The position numbers and the translations under genes were made by a program. Positions 62,723 to 64,000 of a stretch of DNA of 64,000 bases are shown piece after piece. A model generated the notes under the pieces. The model was not told where the DNA came from and did not search any database. It saw only the letters and a list, made by a program, of their open reading frames with translations. The stretch is from positions 4,092,001 to 4,156,000 of the forward strand of contig CAKKNE010000005.1 in assembly GCA_918797485.1 (NCBI GenBank), written 5' to 3'. Every line of letters starts with the position of its first letter. Position 1 is the first letter of the stretch. Source of the stretch: Pelagomonas calceolata (Eukaryota).

Positions 62723-63220
62723 ATGATCAAGTACTTGGTAATTGTCCTTTGCTGTACCCCTACTGCGTGCGCTGGCGCGACCGATGACAAGGCAGTAAAC
62801 GAGGCGACGGTGGCCTCGAAGAAAATTGGCGCCGGGCTCGGCATCGGAGGACTCGCCGGGGCCGCGGTCCTGCCGACGTTTCTCCTCGCCATCGGCCTGA
62901 CGCCCGCCGGGCCCGTGGCCGGTGGCTGGTTCGCCGCGAGCCAAGGGGCCGGCGTCGCGGCGGGCTCCTGGATGGCGTCCTGGCAATCCATGGCCATGTT
63001 CGGGAGCCTCGCCAAGAGCTTCGCTGTTGGCGCAGGCTTCACCGCCACCGGCGCGGGCGCCGGGGCGCTGACGGCGTCGAAGGCTGAGATCGACGTCCGC
63101 TCCCTGACGCGGAAGATCGCGGGCACGACGGCCGCCGGCGCCCGGACCGCCGCGGCCTACACGTGCGACAAGGCCGCGAAGGTCTACTCGTACGCGAGCG
63201 ACACGCTCAGGGGCGACTAG
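62723..63220 (+). CDS. IFI27/ISG12 (Ifi-6-16) family-like small hydrophobic protein
   Basis: IGLTPAGPVAGGWFAASQGAGVAAGSWMASWQSMAM matches the GF..GI.AGS.AA....G.VAAGS..A.LQS pattern. Confidence 0.7.
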   Translation: MIKYLVIVLCCTPTACAGATDDKAVNEATVASKKIGAGLGIGGLAGAAVLPTFLLAIGLTPAGPVAGGWFAASQGAGVAAGSWMASWQSMAMFGSLAKSFAVGAGFTATGAGAGALTASKAEIDVRSLTRKIAGTTAAGARTAAAYTCDKAAKVYSYASDTLRGD

Positions 63221-63245
63221 TTCACACGACTGTTAATTCACTACA

Positions 63246-64000
63246 CTATAATTGCTCCGTCACGGGCAGGAGCTTCTTCTTCTTTTTCCGATTCTTCCGC
63301 TGCTTGTCCCGGACCGCCCGCTGCCGTTTCGCCTCCGCCAGCACCGCGTGCGCGGACGCGACGGCGACGGGCGAGACGCGCGGTTTCTCCGGCTGGCTGT
63401 TCACGAGGGACGCCGCGTCGATGTCGCCCGACGGCAGTAAATCAGGGGCCAGCAGCGACGCGTTCAACAACACGCCAAGCCCGCCCTGGCGTCTTAATCT
63501 ACAATCATCGCCCAGCACGTGCTTGCAGGCCAACGCGTGTCGAGCTAACGCCGCGGCGTAGAAGGCGTTCTCGAACAGCAGGAACCGCCTTATATCAGCC
63601 CAGTAGCCGTCTCCTCTTAAATCGCGAACGATGTCCACACTCGACAAGGACTTCGAGGCCGTGTTTTTCTTCCTCGCACTATCACGGTAGCGGTCCCACA
63701 TGTACGGCGCCTGGTCCGTGGGATCAAGCATGGCCTGCAACAGGTCTATAGTGGTCGGCCAACTTTCAACAACCCCAACCACCAGGACATCCTCCAGATT
63801 CGACAAAGCCGACACGAGCTTCTCGGGCATCGGGGCTTTCCGCCCCAACGGTAGACCATCGACGGCCCCCAGATACGTCAAACCATTTTGATAGAAGCGG
63901 TTCGACCCTCGAGGTAAAAATTTCTCGGCCGCATTGCGGACATCACTCACCGTTTTCAGGGACTTGTCGTGGTACCTCATGCCCGAGATCCACGTACTGA
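63246..64000 (-). CDS. 3' part of a gene running off the window; sulfotransferase-like C-terminus
   Basis: Open frame to the window edge; VVGVVESWPTTIDLL and FENAFY..A resemble sulfotransferase C-terminal helices. Tentative. Confidence 0.5.
   Translation of the reverse strand, partial: STWISGMRYHDKSLKTVSDVRNAAEKFLPRGSNRFYQNGLTYLGAVDGLPLGRKAPMPEKLVSALSNLEDVLVVGVVESWPTTIDLLQAMLDPTDQAPYMWDRYRDSARKKNTASKSLSSVDIVRDLRGDGYWADIRRFLLFENAFYAAALARHALACKHVLGDDCRLRRQGGLGVLLNASLLAPDLLPSGDIDAASLVNSQPEKPRVSPVAVASAHAVLAEAKRQRAVRDKQRKNRKKKKKLLPVTEQL

Noticed and set aside
88..63891. Many long antisense or alternative-frame ORFs (e.g. 2814..4007-, 7131..8486-, 25122..26270+, 48340..49737+)
   Set aside because: They are shadows of high-GC3 coding sequence: Arg/Ala/Pro-rich, with no motifs, and overlapping well-supported genes.
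1..64000. tRNA, rRNA or autonomous transposase genes
   Set aside because: None recognisable by eye; a covariance-model scan would be needed to exclude small RNAs.

Overview
Gene-dense, GC-rich eukaryotic DNA with about 39 protein-coding genes and very short intergenic spacers. It is most consistent with a pelagophyte alga (Pelagomonas/Aureococcus-like). That assignment is inferred from ASAFAP-type plastid presequences, stramenopile-like gene content and introner-type introns. Recognisable genes include an LPCAT with EF-hands, a C-type lectin, DIM1, an arylsulfatase, a YHS-domain protein, MAD3/BUB1-like, ClpP, NDK-like, a rhomboid, UNC119, TraB, GPDH, a LysM protein, a PCIF1-like methyltransferase, an RRM protein, an AP2 factor, ATAD3, an ion channel, an ABCG transporter and an IFI27-like protein. 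Three non-coding patterns stand out. (1) A family of intron-generating MITE-like elements (TIR CTGTGTGGAAATC...GATTTCCACACAG, 8-bp TSD) is present in both orientations and at all stages of decay. (2) A core motif ACGCCATCG(A/C)CGCG is kept in 11 of 14 inferred introns, even where the rest of the element has eroded. (3) A ~22-bp CTAG-bounded motif (GCTAGCGGC..GTAAGACACTAG) recurs upstream of many genes and was not seen between convergent genes. Notable proteins include a PCIF1-like cap methyltransferase fused to Tudor/PHD/TFIIS-N/CCCH modules and a UBA-FkbM-Tudor fusion. All splice models and domain calls were read by eye; no RNA-seq or database search was available.
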